A stretch of DNA of 64,000 nt from Paludibacteraceae bacterium (lineage in GTDB: Bacteria; Bacteroidota; Bacteroidia; Bacteroidales; Paludibacteraceae): contig DAOOVG010000001.1 in NCBI GenBank assembly GCA_035369865.1, forward strand, positions 2,519 through 66,518. Reading direction: 5' to 3'. Positions 27,282 to 38,755 of this stretch are shown here, piece after piece (the stretch's first letter is position 1; each line of letters opens with the position of its first letter). The notes under the pieces are model-generated. The model worked only from the letters and a program-made list of their open reading frames with translations, searched no databases and was not told where the DNA came from. The translations under genes were made by a program, and so were the position numbers.

Positions 27282-28025
27282 CAAGTCAATTGGTTGTTTC
27301 GAGTTGGCGAAGTGAGAAGCATAGGATGCAAGTTTTAAGTTTGGATTTTTAAAAGTTTAGCTGATAATCAAGTGTTTGATGCTTTAAATAAAGGTGTTTC
27401 ATGAAGTGTCTAACGAGTTTCGAGTAAAAATATTTTGCGAAATATGTGAATACATAACATAAGCAACAAAAAACTAGGTAATTCTCTTTGTCTCTCCCTA
27501 TTATAACGAATTTTCTTTCTGAAAAGAAATAAGTTCACCAGTAAAAAGAAAGAAGAAATAAAATATCTAAAGTTTCGTACTTCGATTTAATGATTTGATG
27601 AACAAAAAATAATGAAGTTCGATTGATTATCTCTACTCTGATTATCAATATATTAACAATTTCATTTGCTCAAACTGTTTTCTGTAGCGAAGGAGCAGAT
27701 GTTTTCGAAACCAGCTCTGCTGTTTTAGGGCAGTTTAATCAATCCCAACAGTTCATCAATATCCTTCTTCAATGCTTCGCATATTTCACGCAGCAATTCC
27801 AAAAATAATCCCCAAAAACGTTCGTCAAGTGTTTGCTATAAACACTCAACATTCATTACCCTGAAAAGTTCTCCCATCGATTTATAATGTTCATAGTAGT
27901 TACCCTCTTAAAATTGTAACTGCTTCTTTTTTGGGGACTTGACTCAAAAAAGTAAGCAAAAACGGTCAACTTTTTTCAGGACGTGACATTAACAATTCAA
28001 AACTCCCAACCTCGCAACTTTTCAA

Positions 28026-29144
28026 TTATTTTTTCTGTTTATCTTTCTGGATAATCTCTACTTTTTTGGTTTTTGCCATTGTTGCATTTCGAATGTTTGT
28101 GTTTTTTACCACATTTTCTGCCAGTTCACGAAAAACAGTAAAAAGAATACTATTTTCATTCAGGGCAAGTGGCTCACCTGCATCACTTGACACCCTGATA
28201 CTTTCTACTATGGGTATTTGTGCCAAAAGAGGAATGTTAAATTCTTCGGCTAACTTTTTCCCTCCTTCTTTTCCAAAAATATAATACTTATTTTGTGGCA
28301 ACTCATCAGGCGTAAACCACGACATATTTTCGACCAGCCCCAGAAGTGGAACATTGATTTTTTCGTCCCGAAACATATTTATAGCTTTCCGTGCATCAGT
28401 CAATGCTACTTCTTGAGGTGTAGTAACAACAATCGCTCCAGTAATTCCTATTGTTTGTACCAAAGTTAAGTGAATATCACTGGTTCCAGGCGGTAAATCC
28501 ATGATAAAATAATCCAATTTTCCCCAATAAGCATCTGTAATAAGTTGATTAAGAGCATTACTTGCCATCATACCTCTCCAAATCAACGGACTTTCAGGAT
28601 CAATGAAAAAGCCTATAGAAAGAATTTTTACTCCATATTTTTCAATAGGAATAATCATATCTTTCCCATTAATATTTTCTAAGAAAGGACGAGCATCTTC
28701 AATTCCAAACATTTTGGGAATAGAAGGACCGTAAATATCGGCATCCAATAAACCTACTTTGTAACCTAAAGAAGCAAGAGCAGCCGCTAAATTCGCTGCA
28801 ATTGTTGATTTCCCTACACCACCCTTCCCAGAAAAAACGGCAATAATATTTTCTACTTCTGGCAAAACGGGAGCTGGTTCGGGTACTTCTTTGGTAATCG
28901 GTGTAATGTTGCCTTTGATATCCACTTCTGGCGATACATAAGTTAAAATAGCTTGTTCTGCAGCTTTCACAACTGATTTTATAAAGGGATCATTCGGCTT
29001 ATCAAAAATCAGCGAAAAACTGACTTTGTTCCCTTCAATACGAATATTATCCTGTACCATTCCAAGAGAAACAATGTCTTTCCCTTTTCCAGGATATTTT
29101 ACATGAGTTAATGCGTCAAGAATTAATTTTGGGTAAATTTCCAT
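28026..29144 (-). CDS. apbC: Mrp/NBP35-family iron-sulfur cluster carrier ATPase
   Basis: 372 aa with an N-terminal DUF59-like domain, Walker A motif FSGKGGVGKST, and LGLVENMS. Confidence 0.85.
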   Translation of the reverse strand: MEIYPKLILDALTHVKYPGKGKDIVSLGMVQDNIRIEGNKVSFSLIFDKPNDPFIKSVVKAAEQAILTYVSPEVDIKGNITPITKEVPEPAPVLPEVENIIAVFSGKGGVGKSTIAANLAAALASLGYKVGLLDADIYGPSIPKMFGIEDARPFLENINGKDMIIPIEKYGVKILSIGFFIDPESPLIWRGMMASNALNQLITDAYWGKLDYFIMDLPPGTSDIHLTLVQTIGITGAIVVTTPQEVALTDARKAINMFRDEKINVPLLGLVENMSWFTPDELPQNKYYIFGKEGGKKLAEEFNIPLLAQIPIVESIRVSSDAGEPLALNENSILFTVFRELAENVVKNTNIRNATMAKTKKVEIIQKDKQKK

Positions 29145-29199
29145 AATTGAATTTGAATAATGTTAACCTGATTGAAATTAAAAACATAAAATACATAAA

Positions 29200-29979
29200 C
29201 TAATTTTTGTTTCTGCCAAAGCTTCTATATGTATCACGTTCAATTTCAATATCAGGTTCAAAAAATGTTTCTCTTTTTTCTAAATTGAATTGTAAGTATT
29301 TAATTTTTAATCCTCTTTCTATCCATTGTGACTCATAAAAGGTTTGAATTTTAAGAGCAGGATCATTGTTGTCAGAATTATAAACATTATCTGTTATACA
29401 TCTAACAGGATAATGATTGATTTTTACCATTTCGCAAGTGTAAGTAAACATAAAATTGCTGTCTGTTTTTAAATGAATAAGTCCACCGGGTTTAACAAAT
29501 TGCTGATAAATTTTCATAAAATGAGTAGAAGTCAACCTTTTTCGAACTTTTTTCATTTGTGGATCAGGAAAAGGCAACCAGATTTCACTTACTTCGTTCT
29601 CGCCAAAAAAATAATAAACAGCTTCGATGTTGGTCCGTAAAAAAGCCACATTTTTCATTTGCTTTTCAAACGAATATTTGGCACCTTTCCACATTCGTGC
29701 TCCTTTGATATCAACGCCAATAATGTTTTTTTCAGGATAAAGTTCTGCCAGTCCAATGGTGTATTCTCCTTTTCCGCACCCTAATTCGAGAATAATTGGA
29801 AAATCATTTTGAAAAAAATCCTTGTTCCATTTTCCTTTTAAATTGAATTCGGTATTATTTCGGTAAAAAGGGTAAGCAGGAAATTGAAAAACATGAGGAA
29901 ATGAATTCATATCCGCAAATTTCGATAATTTATTTCTGCTCACTTTAATTGTGTTTTTTGGGTGAAGAAATTTTTTCAA
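29200..29979 (-). CDS. trmB: tRNA (guanine46-N7)-methyltransferase
   Basis: Motifs [31 protein letters not shown] and FPDPQMKK. The real start may be the GTG at 29943 ([12 protein letters not shown]), immediately after the gldH stop. Confidence 0.8.
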   Translation of the reverse strand: MKKFLHPKNTIKVSRNKLSKFADMNSFPHVFQFPAYPFYRNNTEFNLKGKWNKDFFQNDFPIILELGCGKGEYTIGLAELYPEKNIIGVDIKGARMWKGAKYSFEKQMKNVAFLRTNIEAVYYFFGENEVSEIWLPFPDPQMKKVRKRLTSTHFMKIYQQFVKPGGLIHLKTDSNFMFTYTCEMVKINHYPVRCITDNVYNSDNNDPALKIQTFYESQWIERGLKIKYLQFNLEKRETFFEPDIEIERDTYRSFGRNKN

Positions 29980-30442
29980 CTTTCAGCCCAATATTGCTGA
30001 TACCAGGAAGAACATCATTTCTCATCCCTTGAATAATCTGAAAAAGATAAGTACCACTTTGTTTAAAACAATCATTTTGCTTGTATAAGACAGGCATTTC
30101 AAAAACATTGCCTACACCGGAGCCAAGCCATTTTCCATGAATATCAGCCAAATAGCATTCTATCGTATCTTTAATAGGTAAAGTACTATGTGGCGGCTGA
30201 ATGTTAAGAAAAAGCCATAAGTTCTGATAAGGATATTCCCCTCTGTTACGGATGTTTATATAGACATTATAAAGTGAAGAAGTGTCTGTGATATTTACTT
30301 GAAAAGTCAGAACACTATCTTTATTCCAGCCTTGTGGAGGTAAAGTTTTGTATTCCAGAAAAGTTTCATGATGAACGCAAGCTGTTTCTATTATTCCTAC
30401 CAAAGAGAAAATTATGAGTTTACTTATCTTCTTTATTTTCAT
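29945..30442 (-). CDS. gldH: Gliding-motility-associated lipoprotein GldH
   Basis: 165-aa lipoprotein with [16 protein letters not shown]...[21 protein letters not shown]...GKWLGSGVG...[12 protein letters not shown], matching my memory of the GldH family. It sits in the conserved holB-PSP1-gldH neighbourhood. Confidence 0.65.
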   Translation of the reverse strand: MKIKKISKLIIFSLVGIIETACVHHETFLEYKTLPPQGWNKDSVLTFQVNITDTSSLYNVYINIRNRGEYPYQNLWLFLNIQPPHSTLPIKDTIECYLADIHGKWLGSGVGNVFEMPVLYKQNDCFKQSGTYLFQIIQGMRNDVLPGISNIGLKVEKISSPKKHN

Positions 30443-31619
30443 TTGTTCTATTGTTTTCTCCGTTTTTTCTCAACTTTAGTGGTTGATTGGTCGAATTTGC
30501 CTGCTTTTTCTTATTTTTTCCTTTATTTTTATGCTGATGATAATTTCTTTTTTCATCAAAGCGAGTAATATTATCTTGGCATACATAATTTTCTGTATTT
30601 TGCTCTTGTTGAGCTATTTCTTCGGATATTTGGTCTTCCAATTTGTCAGGTTTAATGCCTTGCTTATTGAGAGCTATGATTTCTTTTGCTCGTTGAACTG
30701 AAATAGTAATGAGGTTAGTCCCCATATTTTGGGCGGTGGAATAAGAAATTAATCCTTTAAACACATCGGTTTTAAAATGAAAATAAGTATTGTCTAAGGT
30801 TTCCAATTGAATTTCTTTTGAAGGGAAATCTTTTATGGCATCCTGATAAGAGTCGAGTTCGTAATTCATACAACATTTCAGCTTACAACACTGACCTGCC
30901 AATTTTTGTGGATTCAACGAAAGATCTTGACAACGGGCAGAGCTTGTGACTACTGAATTAAAATTAGTCATCCAGCTCGTACAACACAATTCTCGTCCGC
31001 AGGGACCAATTCCGCCAATATGTCCAGCTTCCTGACGAGCTCCGATTTGTTTCATTTCAATACGCACGTGAAAAGTTTCAGCAAAAACTTTTATTAATTC
31101 TCTGAAATCTACCCGTTCATCAGCAATGTAATAAAAAATAGCTTTACTGCCGTCGCCTTGATATTCTACGTCGCCAATTTTCATTTTCAGATTCATTTTT
31201 TCAGCAATCTGGCGGGCTTTAATCATGGTGCTGTGTTCCTTATTTTTAGCTTCCTTGTATTTTTCAAGGTCTGTTTCTTTCGCTTTTCGATAAATACGCT
31301 TGATTTCTATTTTCTCAGGATTAATTTTGTTTTTTTTCATTTGCAGTAAAACCAACTTCCCAACCAGTGTAACTTCTCCTATATCGTGTCCGGGAGAAGC
31401 TTCTACTGCCACCATATCTCCTTTTTCCAATGGAATCTTATTACTGTTCAGATAATAACCTTTTCGTGTGTTTTTAAATTGAACTTCAACAAGATCAGTT
31501 TCTTTTACCGACTCAGGAAGATCGCACATCCAGTCAATAGCACTCAATTTTAGGGCACTGGTACGGTAACATCCTTTTTTGTTAATATTATAACCACCAA
31601 TATCTAATCTGTATTTCAT
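30420..31619 (-). CDS. PSP1 domain protein (RicT-like) with a Lys/Asn-rich C-terminal tail
   Basis: 399 aa. The PSP1 C-terminal-domain Cys cluster is GGIGPCGRELCCTSW...CCKLKCCMNYE. Confidence 0.8.
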   Translation of the reverse strand: MKYRLDIGGYNINKKGCYRTSALKLSAIDWMCDLPESVKETDLVEVQFKNTRKGYYLNSNKIPLEKGDMVAVEASPGHDIGEVTLVGKLVLLQMKKNKINPEKIEIKRIYRKAKETDLEKYKEAKNKEHSTMIKARQIAEKMNLKMKIGDVEYQGDGSKAIFYYIADERVDFRELIKVFAETFHVRIEMKQIGARQEAGHIGGIGPCGRELCCTSWMTNFNSVVTSSARCQDLSLNPQKLAGQCCKLKCCMNYELDSYQDAIKDFPSKEIQLETLDNTYFHFKTDVFKGLISYSTAQNMGTNLITISVQRAKEIIALNKQGIKPDKLEDQISEEIAQQEQNTENYVCQDNITRFDEKRNYHQHKNKGKNKKKQANSTNQPLKLRKNGENNRTNENKEDK

Positions 31620-31689
31620 ATCTAAAATAAACTAAAAACAAGAATTTATTAAAAAATATCTTTTTGAAATGCCAATGTGAAATTAAAAT

Positions 31690-32844
31690 TTATTTTTTCA
31701 ACAGTCTAACTACGTTCATTAGCAAATCAAAAAATACCATTTTGGGATTTACATTGCGTTCAATATGATTTTCTGCTAAAGCAAATTCGTTCATCAACTC
31801 CTCAACATTTTGTTCGTTGATGAAAGGCGAAAAACCCAATGAAAAATCTTTTTCAAAGGAAGTCATATAATTCAATGCAGGTTCATTCAGGTTAAAAATA
31901 AAATTTTCACGAATCATTCTTTGAGCATAAGTTAGAAAATTTTTCTGTCGTTCCCTACCGCCATTCGACGTAGTAGCCATTTCTTCCGCCCAATTTTTCA
32001 AGCTTTTCAAGGCTCCGTAATCTTTTTTATTCCCCAATTTCCAAGCTAAACGCATAATCTTCACAAAATGTTCAAAATTCTGCTTATTAATATCGTCTTC
32101 ATTCAAATAGGATAATGCTTTCAAGTAACTTCCTTCTGAAATCTGAGCCATATTAAAAGCCTCTCCTTCAGCAATATGTTCGTTTTTTATTAATGCTTCA
32201 ATAATTTCTTCTTTACTTAAACGTGGTACTTGAATTTGCTGGGTCCGCGATAAAATAGTAGGAATTATTTTATCGGGCGAATTTGAGACCAAAAGAAAAA
32301 CAGTTTTTTCAGGGGGCTCTTCAAGAATTTTCAATAATTTATTGGCAGTTTCAAGATTCATTCTTTCCGGCAACCAAATAATCATGATTTTATATTCAGC
32401 CTCATAAGTTTTTAAATTTAATTTTCTGATGATTTCTTCACTTTCGGCGGTATAAATCATTCCTTGCTTGTTTTCACTACCTATTTTAGCATACCACTTA
32501 TTTTCACTGAAGTAAGGATTGTCCAATACCATTTCCCGAAATTGTGTTACGTAATCATCACAGACCACTAATTTTTTTTTCTCTTGTTTGATGATAGGGA
32601 ATACCAGATGTAAATCGGGATGAATGAGTTTTTGATATTTAATGCAGGAAGGACACACGCCGCAAGCATCTGTTTCGGTTTTGTTTTCGCAGCAAATATA
32701 TTGAGCATAAGCCAAAGCCAATGCAAATTTACCAATACCTTCAGGTCCACATAGCATTTGAGCATGAGGAATACGCTGTTCATTAACGCTCTGGAGAAGT
32801 CTTTCTTTTATTTTATTTTGACCAATAATTTGAGAAAACAACAT
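31690..32844 (-). CDS. holB: DNA polymerase III subunit delta prime
   Basis: 384 aa with HAQMLCGPEGIGKFALALAYAQYICC, a zinc-module Cys pattern, ILSRTQ and LKILEEPP. Confidence 0.85.
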   Translation of the reverse strand: MLFSQIIGQNKIKERLLQSVNEQRIPHAQMLCGPEGIGKFALALAYAQYICCENKTETDACGVCPSCIKYQKLIHPDLHLVFPIIKQEKKKLVVCDDYVTQFREMVLDNPYFSENKWYAKIGSENKQGMIYTAESEEIIRKLNLKTYEAEYKIMIIWLPERMNLETANKLLKILEEPPEKTVFLLVSNSPDKIIPTILSRTQQIQVPRLSKEEIIEALIKNEHIAEGEAFNMAQISEGSYLKALSYLNEDDINKQNFEHFVKIMRLAWKLGNKKDYGALKSLKNWAEEMATTSNGGRERQKNFLTYAQRMIRENFIFNLNEPALNYMTSFEKDFSLGFSPFINEQNVEELMNEFALAENHIERNVNPKMVFFDLLMNVVRLLKK

Positions 32845-33023
32845 AATAAAGATTTGAAAATATCCTCTATAAAATGCAAATTTACAAGATAATTTTCAAT
32901 TTTCATTCGATTATGAAAGGTTAAAAAATACTTTATGCTGAGTTAGTTCATATATTTTTGCAAAATATTTTTATTCTCTTTCGATTTCTTTTAAACTGGA
33001 TTCATTTTATCCAAAAATTTTTC

Positions 33024-33057
33024 CTAAAAAAACCGTCGACGAAAAAACAGCCGACGG
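33024..33057 (-). terminator. Terminator of the outer-membrane beta-barrel gene
   Basis: On the minus strand, CCGTCG-13 nt-CGACGG is followed by a T-run, ~45 nt after the stop at 33102. Confidence 0.45.
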
Positions 33058-33101
33058 GAATGTTAAAAAATTACTTGTTAATTTTTTAAATAAATACTTT
33101 C

Positions 33102-33734
33102 CTACAAGACAAAGGCAATGGAAGCTTTCAGCTCATCGCGAGTAAGACTATAGTTGTCGCTGTTGTTCGTATCCAGCAACCCCCAATCATAACTTAAGCG
33201 GAATTGCAAGTTTTGTAATTTTATGCCGGCACCAACACCCATTTGAATATCAAAGCGAGATTGACGACTGTCTCCATTATCATCAGTTTTGTAATAATCA
33301 ATAGTTGGTGGTTCAAATGTCCCTAATGAAGAAGTCACTTTAGATGTAGTTTTTTTGCTGATACCAACATTGAAACTAGGACCCCCAAAAACAAAAACAC
33401 CAACAGGAGAACCCGTAGGGATAGTAAATGCCAGCCGTACAGGAATATCAACCGAATGAAAAGTTGTGGATGTTTTTGCAGTGACCACGCCTTCATAAGT
33501 TTCCTGTTTGGTTTGATAATTATAAAACAAACCATACTGTAAGCTGAAAGGACCTTGAATTGTTAGTTCTGCTATTGGACCCACATGAAAACCATTCAGG
33601 TTTGACAAGGTGTCGCCTTCACCAATAAAAGTAGTAGAATTACTGTAACCTGCTTGCACACCAAAACCTTGTGCATTTAAACTTGAAGCAGCGATAATCG
33701 CTAAAGATGCCAACAAAAATTTCACCTTTTTCAT
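33102..33734 (-). CDS. Small outer-membrane beta-barrel (porin-family) protein
   Basis: 210 aa with a signal peptide, alternating beta-strand pattern and aromatic C-terminus (...ASIAFVL). Confidence 0.6.
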   Translation of the reverse strand: MKKVKFLLASLAIIAASSLNAQGFGVQAGYSNSTTFIGEGDTLSNLNGFHVGPIAELTIQGPFSLQYGLFYNYQTKQETYEGVVTAKTSTTFHSVDIPVRLAFTIPTGSPVGVFVFGGPSFNVGISKKTTSKVTSSLGTFEPPTIDYYKTDDNGDSRQSRFDIQMGVGAGIKLQNLQFRLSYDWGLLDTNNSDNYSLTRDELKASIAFVL

Positions 33735-34093
33735 TTGCTTTGTTTTTTAAAAGTTAATGTTAAAAATGTTTATTCCTGGAAAGAAACAAAAAATATACCA
33801 TTCTTTTTAAACAGAAAAATACTTGATGAAAAATTAATGATTATCAGTATACAACTCGGCAATTGAATTATTTTTTTGTAACTTTTTCCTAAACTGAGCA
33901 TTGTCAAAATAAAAAAGTATTAATGAAGCTAATAAAAAGTCTATAAAATATTGAAAATCACTCAAATATTTTATTTTTTAGTATCTGATAATTTAATTGA
34001 TTGACCATTTGTTGAAGTATCCTATGGTAGTGAAAGTGAATTGTAATTATCTCCCATTAGGAATGAAATATTAGAGAATATTTGTTGATTCTT

Positions 34094-35101
34094 TTATTCT
34101 TTGGAAAGAGGGAACCACTGACATCGCTTTAAATCATGAATGATATTGTTCATTGTTTCGTTGATTTCAAGATTGACGGATTGTTGAATGGTATTTTCTT
34201 TGTACCAACTTATAATTTCTTTGGCTCCTTCACAGAAAGAAACTTGTGGATGAAATTCAGGAACAAACTTTTTGATTTTCGAATTGTCAAATATCATACT
34301 GTGCGATTTGTCACCAAGTAACCCATCACCCATTTCTTGATTATATTTTGCAATAATTTCTGAGGGGACATGCACCAACTGGGGTCTTACACCCAGTTCA
34401 TTTGCCATAATTTCATAAATAGTATTCCAACTAAGCCATTCATCCGAAGTAATATGAAAAGCCTCGTGAATAGCATCCGTATTCCCAAGTAAACCTATTA
34501 CTCCTACTGCAAAATCTTTATTATAAGTTAGTGTCCAGATAGAAGTTCCATCACCATGAACAATCACCGGTTCGCCTTTCAACATTCTATGCAGAATCGT
34601 ATAACCACCGATTAAAGGAACGGTTGTTTTTCCATAAGTATGTGAAGGACGTATGATGGTGTAAGGAAAACCTGATTTTTGATATTCTTCTTCTAATAAT
34701 TTTTCACAGGCAATTTTCTTTCTCGAATATTCCCAATAAGGATTGTATAGTGGTGTCTCTTCTGTAATGGGAAGTTTTTCAGGCGGTTTTTGATAAGCTG
34801 AGGCAGTGCTTATAAATACATACTGATGCGTTTTATTCTTAAAAAGTTGAATATCATTTAGAATATCTGTTGGTTCATAAGCAATAAAATCAACCACACT
34901 GTCAAAAGTCATTTCTCTGAGTGATTCTGCCACTTTTTTCGTGTCGTGAATGTCGGCAACAATAGTTTTTACTTCTTTCGTTGACTGTGTTTTTTGTGTT
35001 AATCCTCTGTTTAAGTGATAAATTTCTATTCCTTTATTAATAGCTATCTCTGTGCAGGCTGAGCTTAAATTACCTGTTCCACCTATAAATAAAACTTTCA
35101 T
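34094..35101 (-). CDS. NAD-dependent epimerase/dehydratase (extended SDR) family protein
   Basis: 335 aa with an N-terminal Rossmann motif (KVLFIGGTGNLSS) and a YxxxK-like YSRKK motif. Confidence 0.7.
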   Translation of the reverse strand: MKVLFIGGTGNLSSACTEIAINKGIEIYHLNRGLTQKTQSTKEVKTIVADIHDTKKVAESLREMTFDSVVDFIAYEPTDILNDIQLFKNKTHQYVFISTASAYQKPPEKLPITEETPLYNPYWEYSRKKIACEKLLEEEYQKSGFPYTIIRPSHTYGKTTVPLIGGYTILHRMLKGEPVIVHGDGTSIWTLTYNKDFAVGVIGLLGNTDAIHEAFHITSDEWLSWNTIYEIMANELGVRPQLVHVPSEIIAKYNQEMGDGLLGDKSHSMIFDNSKIKKFVPEFHPQVSFCEGAKEIISWYKENTIQQSVNLEINETMNNIIHDLKRCQWFPLSKE

Positions 35102-35262
35102 AACGATTATTTTTATATTTCTGAAAAATTATTACAATTAATATGACTTGCTTTAGCAATGAAGAAATAAGGAAAGCCAAAAGCCACATGACAAATTTAT
35201 AAGCTTTTCTTCATTTTTTTGTACTTTTGCAATTAAAATCATTAAAAATTTATTTTTATCTC

Positions 35263-36495
35263 ATGAATGAAAATCAAATACGCAAAATACGGGAAGATTT
35301 TCCTATTTTAAGCGAAAAAATATACAATAGAAATTTAATTTATCTGGATAATGCAGCCACTACGCAAAAGCCTCGTTGTGTAGTGGAGAAAATGGAATAT
35401 GCTTATTATCATTTGAATGCAAATATTCATCGTGGCGTTCATTATTTAAGTCAAAAAGCTACAGAAGCTTATGAAGAAGCTCGCAGCACTGTTGCTCAAT
35501 TTTTGAATGCTGATAAACGGGAAGAGATTATTTTTACGCGTGGTGCTACTGAATCTATCAATCTGGTCGCTTTTTCGTTTGGTGAAGCTTTTTGTAAACC
35601 GGGTGATGAAATTGTGGTTTCAGCAATGGAACATCATTCCAATTTGGTTCCCTGGCAGATGCTTTGCGAACGAAAAGGAATGAAACTCCGCATAATTCCC
35701 ATGAACGAAAAAGGCGAATTACAATTAGATGTTTTTCCTCATTTGCTTAACGAACATACAAAAATAGTAGCAGTGACGCATGTTTCAAATGTATTAGGGA
35801 CGATAAATCCTGTCAAAGAAATCATTAAAATAGCTCACCAAAAAAATATTCCAGTGTTAGTGGACGGAGCTCAGGCAGTTCCTCATTTTGCGGTTGATGT
35901 AACAGATATGGATGCTGATTTTTATGCATTTTCAGGACATAAAATTTATGGACCGACGGGCATTGGCGTTCTTTACGGGAAAGAAAAATGGTTAAATACA
36001 CTTCCGCCTTATCAGGGAGGCGGAGAAATGATTTCTACGGTTACTTTCGAAAAAACTACTTATAGTGAAATTCCGTTTAAATTTGAAGCAGGAACACCCG
36101 ATTATATCGGTTCGATGGCATTGGCGGAAGCATTACTGTATGTTCAAAAAATTGGCTTAGATGTCATTGCCAATTATGAAAACGAACTACTGAATTATGC
36201 AATTAAAAGACTGAAAGAGATCGAAGGCATTCGTTTTATTGGTACAGCCGAGAGGAAATGTTCTGTTATTTCTTTTCTGATAAACGATATTCATCCTTAT
36301 GATATAGGCATGATGCTCGATAAATTGGGTATAGCTGTTCGTACTGGTCATCATTGTGCCCAGCCAGTGATCGATGCTTTCGGAATTCCTGGTACAATTC
36401 GTATTTCATTTGCTTTTTACAACACGAAAGAAGAAATTGATGAGTTCATTGCTGCATTGAAACGAATTGTGCCTATGCTTGTTTCAAAAAAATAG
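35263..36495 (+). CDS. sufS: Cysteine desulfurase, SufS subfamily
   Basis: Motifs IYLDNAATTQKP, FSGHKIYGPTGIG (PLP lysine) and RTGHHCAQP. I chose the start at the MNENQIRKIR ATG because a TACTTTTG -7-type box lies at 35222-35229, inside the longer track ORF. Confidence 0.9.
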   Translation: MNENQIRKIREDFPILSEKIYNRNLIYLDNAATTQKPRCVVEKMEYAYYHLNANIHRGVHYLSQKATEAYEEARSTVAQFLNADKREEIIFTRGATESINLVAFSFGEAFCKPGDEIVVSAMEHHSNLVPWQMLCERKGMKLRIIPMNEKGELQLDVFPHLLNEHTKIVAVTHVSNVLGTINPVKEIIKIAHQKNIPVLVDGAQAVPHFAVDVTDMDADFYAFSGHKIYGPTGIGVLYGKEKWLNTLPPYQGGGEMISTVTFEKTTYSEIPFKFEAGTPDYIGSMALAEALLYVQKIGLDVIANYENELLNYAIKRLKEIEGIRFIGTAERKCSVISFLINDIHPYDIGMMLDKLGIAVRTGHHCAQPVIDAFGIPGTIRISFAFYNTKEEIDEFIAALKRIVPMLVSKK

Positions 36496-36532
36496 TTTTA
36501 CAAAAAAAAAGTTTTAAGCAATAGAAAAAATT

Positions 36533-36955
36533 ATGACAATCAATGAAATTCAAGAGGAAATTATAGAAGAATTTAATCAGTTTGACGATTGGTTAGAAAA
36601 GTATTCTTTACTAATAGATATGGGAAATTCCCTTGAACCACTTGACAGTAAATATAAAACACCAGAAAATTTGATTGAAGGTTGCCAGAGTAAAGTTTGG
36701 TTGCAAGCAGAGATGAAAGATGGGAAAGTATATTTTCGCGGTGATAGTGATGCGGTATTGGTGAAAGGAATAATAGCTTTGTTAATAAAAGTGCTTTCAG
36801 GACATACTCCTGATGAAATTCTCAATGCAGATCTTTATTTTATCGATCAAATTGGGCTGCGTGAACATTTATCACCAACGCGTTCCAATGGATTACTTGC
36901 CATGCTCAAGCAAATGAAATTGTATGCGTTAGCTTTTAAATCGAAAAGCGAATGA
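36533..36955 (+). CDS. sufE: SufE-family sulfur acceptor protein
   Basis: 140 aa with the active-site motif LIEGCQSKVWL, immediately downstream of sufS. Confidence 0.85.
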   Translation: MTINEIQEEIIEEFNQFDDWLEKYSLLIDMGNSLEPLDSKYKTPENLIEGCQSKVWLQAEMKDGKVYFRGDSDAVLVKGIIALLIKVLSGHTPDEILNADLYFIDQIGLREHLSPTRSNGLLAMLKQMKLYALAFKSKSE

Positions 36956-37047
36956 GATTTTTACTTCTGCAATTCCACAAAATACTGTATATTTGTATTG
37001 TTTATGAATTCATCTTGTAGATAAATTTTTAAAAAATAAGTCAATTT

Positions 37048-37932
37048 ATGTACACACTTTTAGATGGGAAACTTATTTCGGAACAAATAAAAAAGGAAAT
37101 TGCTGAAGAAGTACAACAAATGATAGTAGCAGGTAAGAAGAGACCTCATCTGGCAGTTATTATTGTTGGACACGATGGCGGTAGTGAATCGTATGTAGCT
37201 GGGAAAATAAAAGATTGCGAAATTTGCGGATTTAAGTCAACTTTAATTCGATTTGAGGACGATGTTACTGAAAAAAGTTTGCTGGAAGAAGTGCAGCATT
37301 TAAATGAAGATGCTGATGTGGATGGCTTTATTGTTCAATTACCTTTACCCAAACATATTTCGGAACAAAAAATTATCGAAGCTATTGATTATAAAAAAGA
37401 TGTAGATGGTTTTCATCCTATTAATGTGGGTCGTTTATGTATCGGTTTGCCTTGTTATGTTTCTGCTACACCAATGGGAATTATGGAACTACTAAAACGC
37501 TATCAAATTGAAACGAGTGGTAAAAATTGCGTTGTTATTGGACGAAGCAACATTGTTGGTAAACCAACTGCAATGTTAATGATGCAAAAAAATTATCCGG
37601 GCGATGCTACTGTAACAGTTTGTCATAGCCGTACTAAGAATTTGTCAGAAATCTGTCGCCAAGCTGATATTATTGTGGCTGCTTTGGGTCAGCCAGAATT
37701 TTTAAAAGGTGACATGGTGAAAGAGGGTGTTGTGGTAATTGATGTGGGAACAACGAGAGTTCCTTCAACTGAAACTAAATCAGGATATAAACTCAAGGGA
37801 GATGTGGCTTTTAACGAAGTTGCTCCTAAAGCTTCCTACATTACGCCTGTTCCTGGCGGAGTAGGGTTGATGACAAGAGTTTCGCTAATGAAAAATACGC
37901 TGTTAGCTGCTAAAAGAGAAATTTATCATTGA
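37048..37932 (+). CDS. folD: Bifunctional methylenetetrahydrofolate dehydrogenase / methenyl-THF cyclohydrolase
   Basis: 294 aa with motifs [29 protein letters not shown] and PVPGGVG. Confidence 0.9.
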   Translation: MYTLLDGKLISEQIKKEIAEEVQQMIVAGKKRPHLAVIIVGHDGGSESYVAGKIKDCEICGFKSTLIRFEDDVTEKSLLEEVQHLNEDADVDGFIVQLPLPKHISEQKIIEAIDYKKDVDGFHPINVGRLCIGLPCYVSATPMGIMELLKRYQIETSGKNCVVIGRSNIVGKPTAMLMMQKNYPGDATVTVCHSRTKNLSEICRQADIIVAALGQPEFLKGDMVKEGVVVIDVGTTRVPSTETKSGYKLKGDVAFNEVAPKASYITPVPGGVGLMTRVSLMKNTLLAAKREIYH

Positions 37933-37979
37933 TTCTTGGCATTTTCCTCGAAATAGTAAAAGAATGTAAGTGTCTAAGT

Positions 37980-38708
37980 ATGAATGTTTTTTATGTTCCT
38001 GAACCTACATTAAGAAATACTCTTCCCGAAGAAGAATCTCAACATGCCATCAAAGTGTTACGTTTAAAGGAAGGCGAAGAAATCGTTCTGATTGACGGGA
38101 AAGGAGGCTATTACAAAGCAAAAATTACATTTCCAGATGCTAAACACTGTGAATTTGAAATTTTAGAAACAATATCTGACTTTGGCAAATTAAATTATTA
38201 CTTGCATATTGCGATTGCTCCAACCAAAAACATGGAACGTTTTGAGTGGTTTGTCGAGAAAGCGACTGAAATTGGCATTAGCGAAATAACGCCCATCATT
38301 TGTCAATTTTCAGAACGTAAAGTTATTAAAATGGAACGCTTGGAAAAAATCATGATTGCTGCTGCTAAACAATCCATTAGAGCCTATTTCCCGAAATTAA
38401 ATCCCTCGTGTCGTTTTGATGATTTTTTGAAGAAATATCATGCTTCGCAACAGTTTATTGCACATTGTTATTCTTCTGTCTATGACGGAGAAAAAATTCA
38501 AAAACTTGAAAAAAAGAAACTAAAAGATGTTGCTCAAAGATCTTTGGGAACCATTATTTTGATTGGTCCAGAAGGTGATTTTAGCAACGAGGAAATTAAA
38601 AAAGCGATTACTGCAGGATACATTCCGATTTCACTGGGTGAAAGTCGTTTGCGTACCGAAACAGCAGGTATCATTGCCTGTCACACTATTGCCCTCATCA
38701 ATCAATAA
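37980..38708 (+). CDS. rsmE: 16S rRNA (uracil1498-N3)-methyltransferase
   Basis: RsmE/SPOUT pattern: MNVFYVPEP..., SQHAIKVLRLKEGE, IGPEGDFSNEE and LGESRLRTETAG. I moved the start to the ATG at 37980. Confidence 0.8.
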   Translation: MNVFYVPEPTLRNTLPEEESQHAIKVLRLKEGEEIVLIDGKGGYYKAKITFPDAKHCEFEILETISDFGKLNYYLHIAIAPTKNMERFEWFVEKATEIGISEITPIICQFSERKVIKMERLEKIMIAAAKQSIRAYFPKLNPSCRFDDFLKKYHASQQFIAHCYSSVYDGEKIQKLEKKKLKDVAQRSLGTIILIGPEGDFSNEEIKKAITAGYIPISLGESRLRTETAGIIACHTIALINQ

Positions 38709-38755
38709 AAAATTTCATTACTTTTTCTTTCTACAAATTTTTAAAAAACAGAAAA

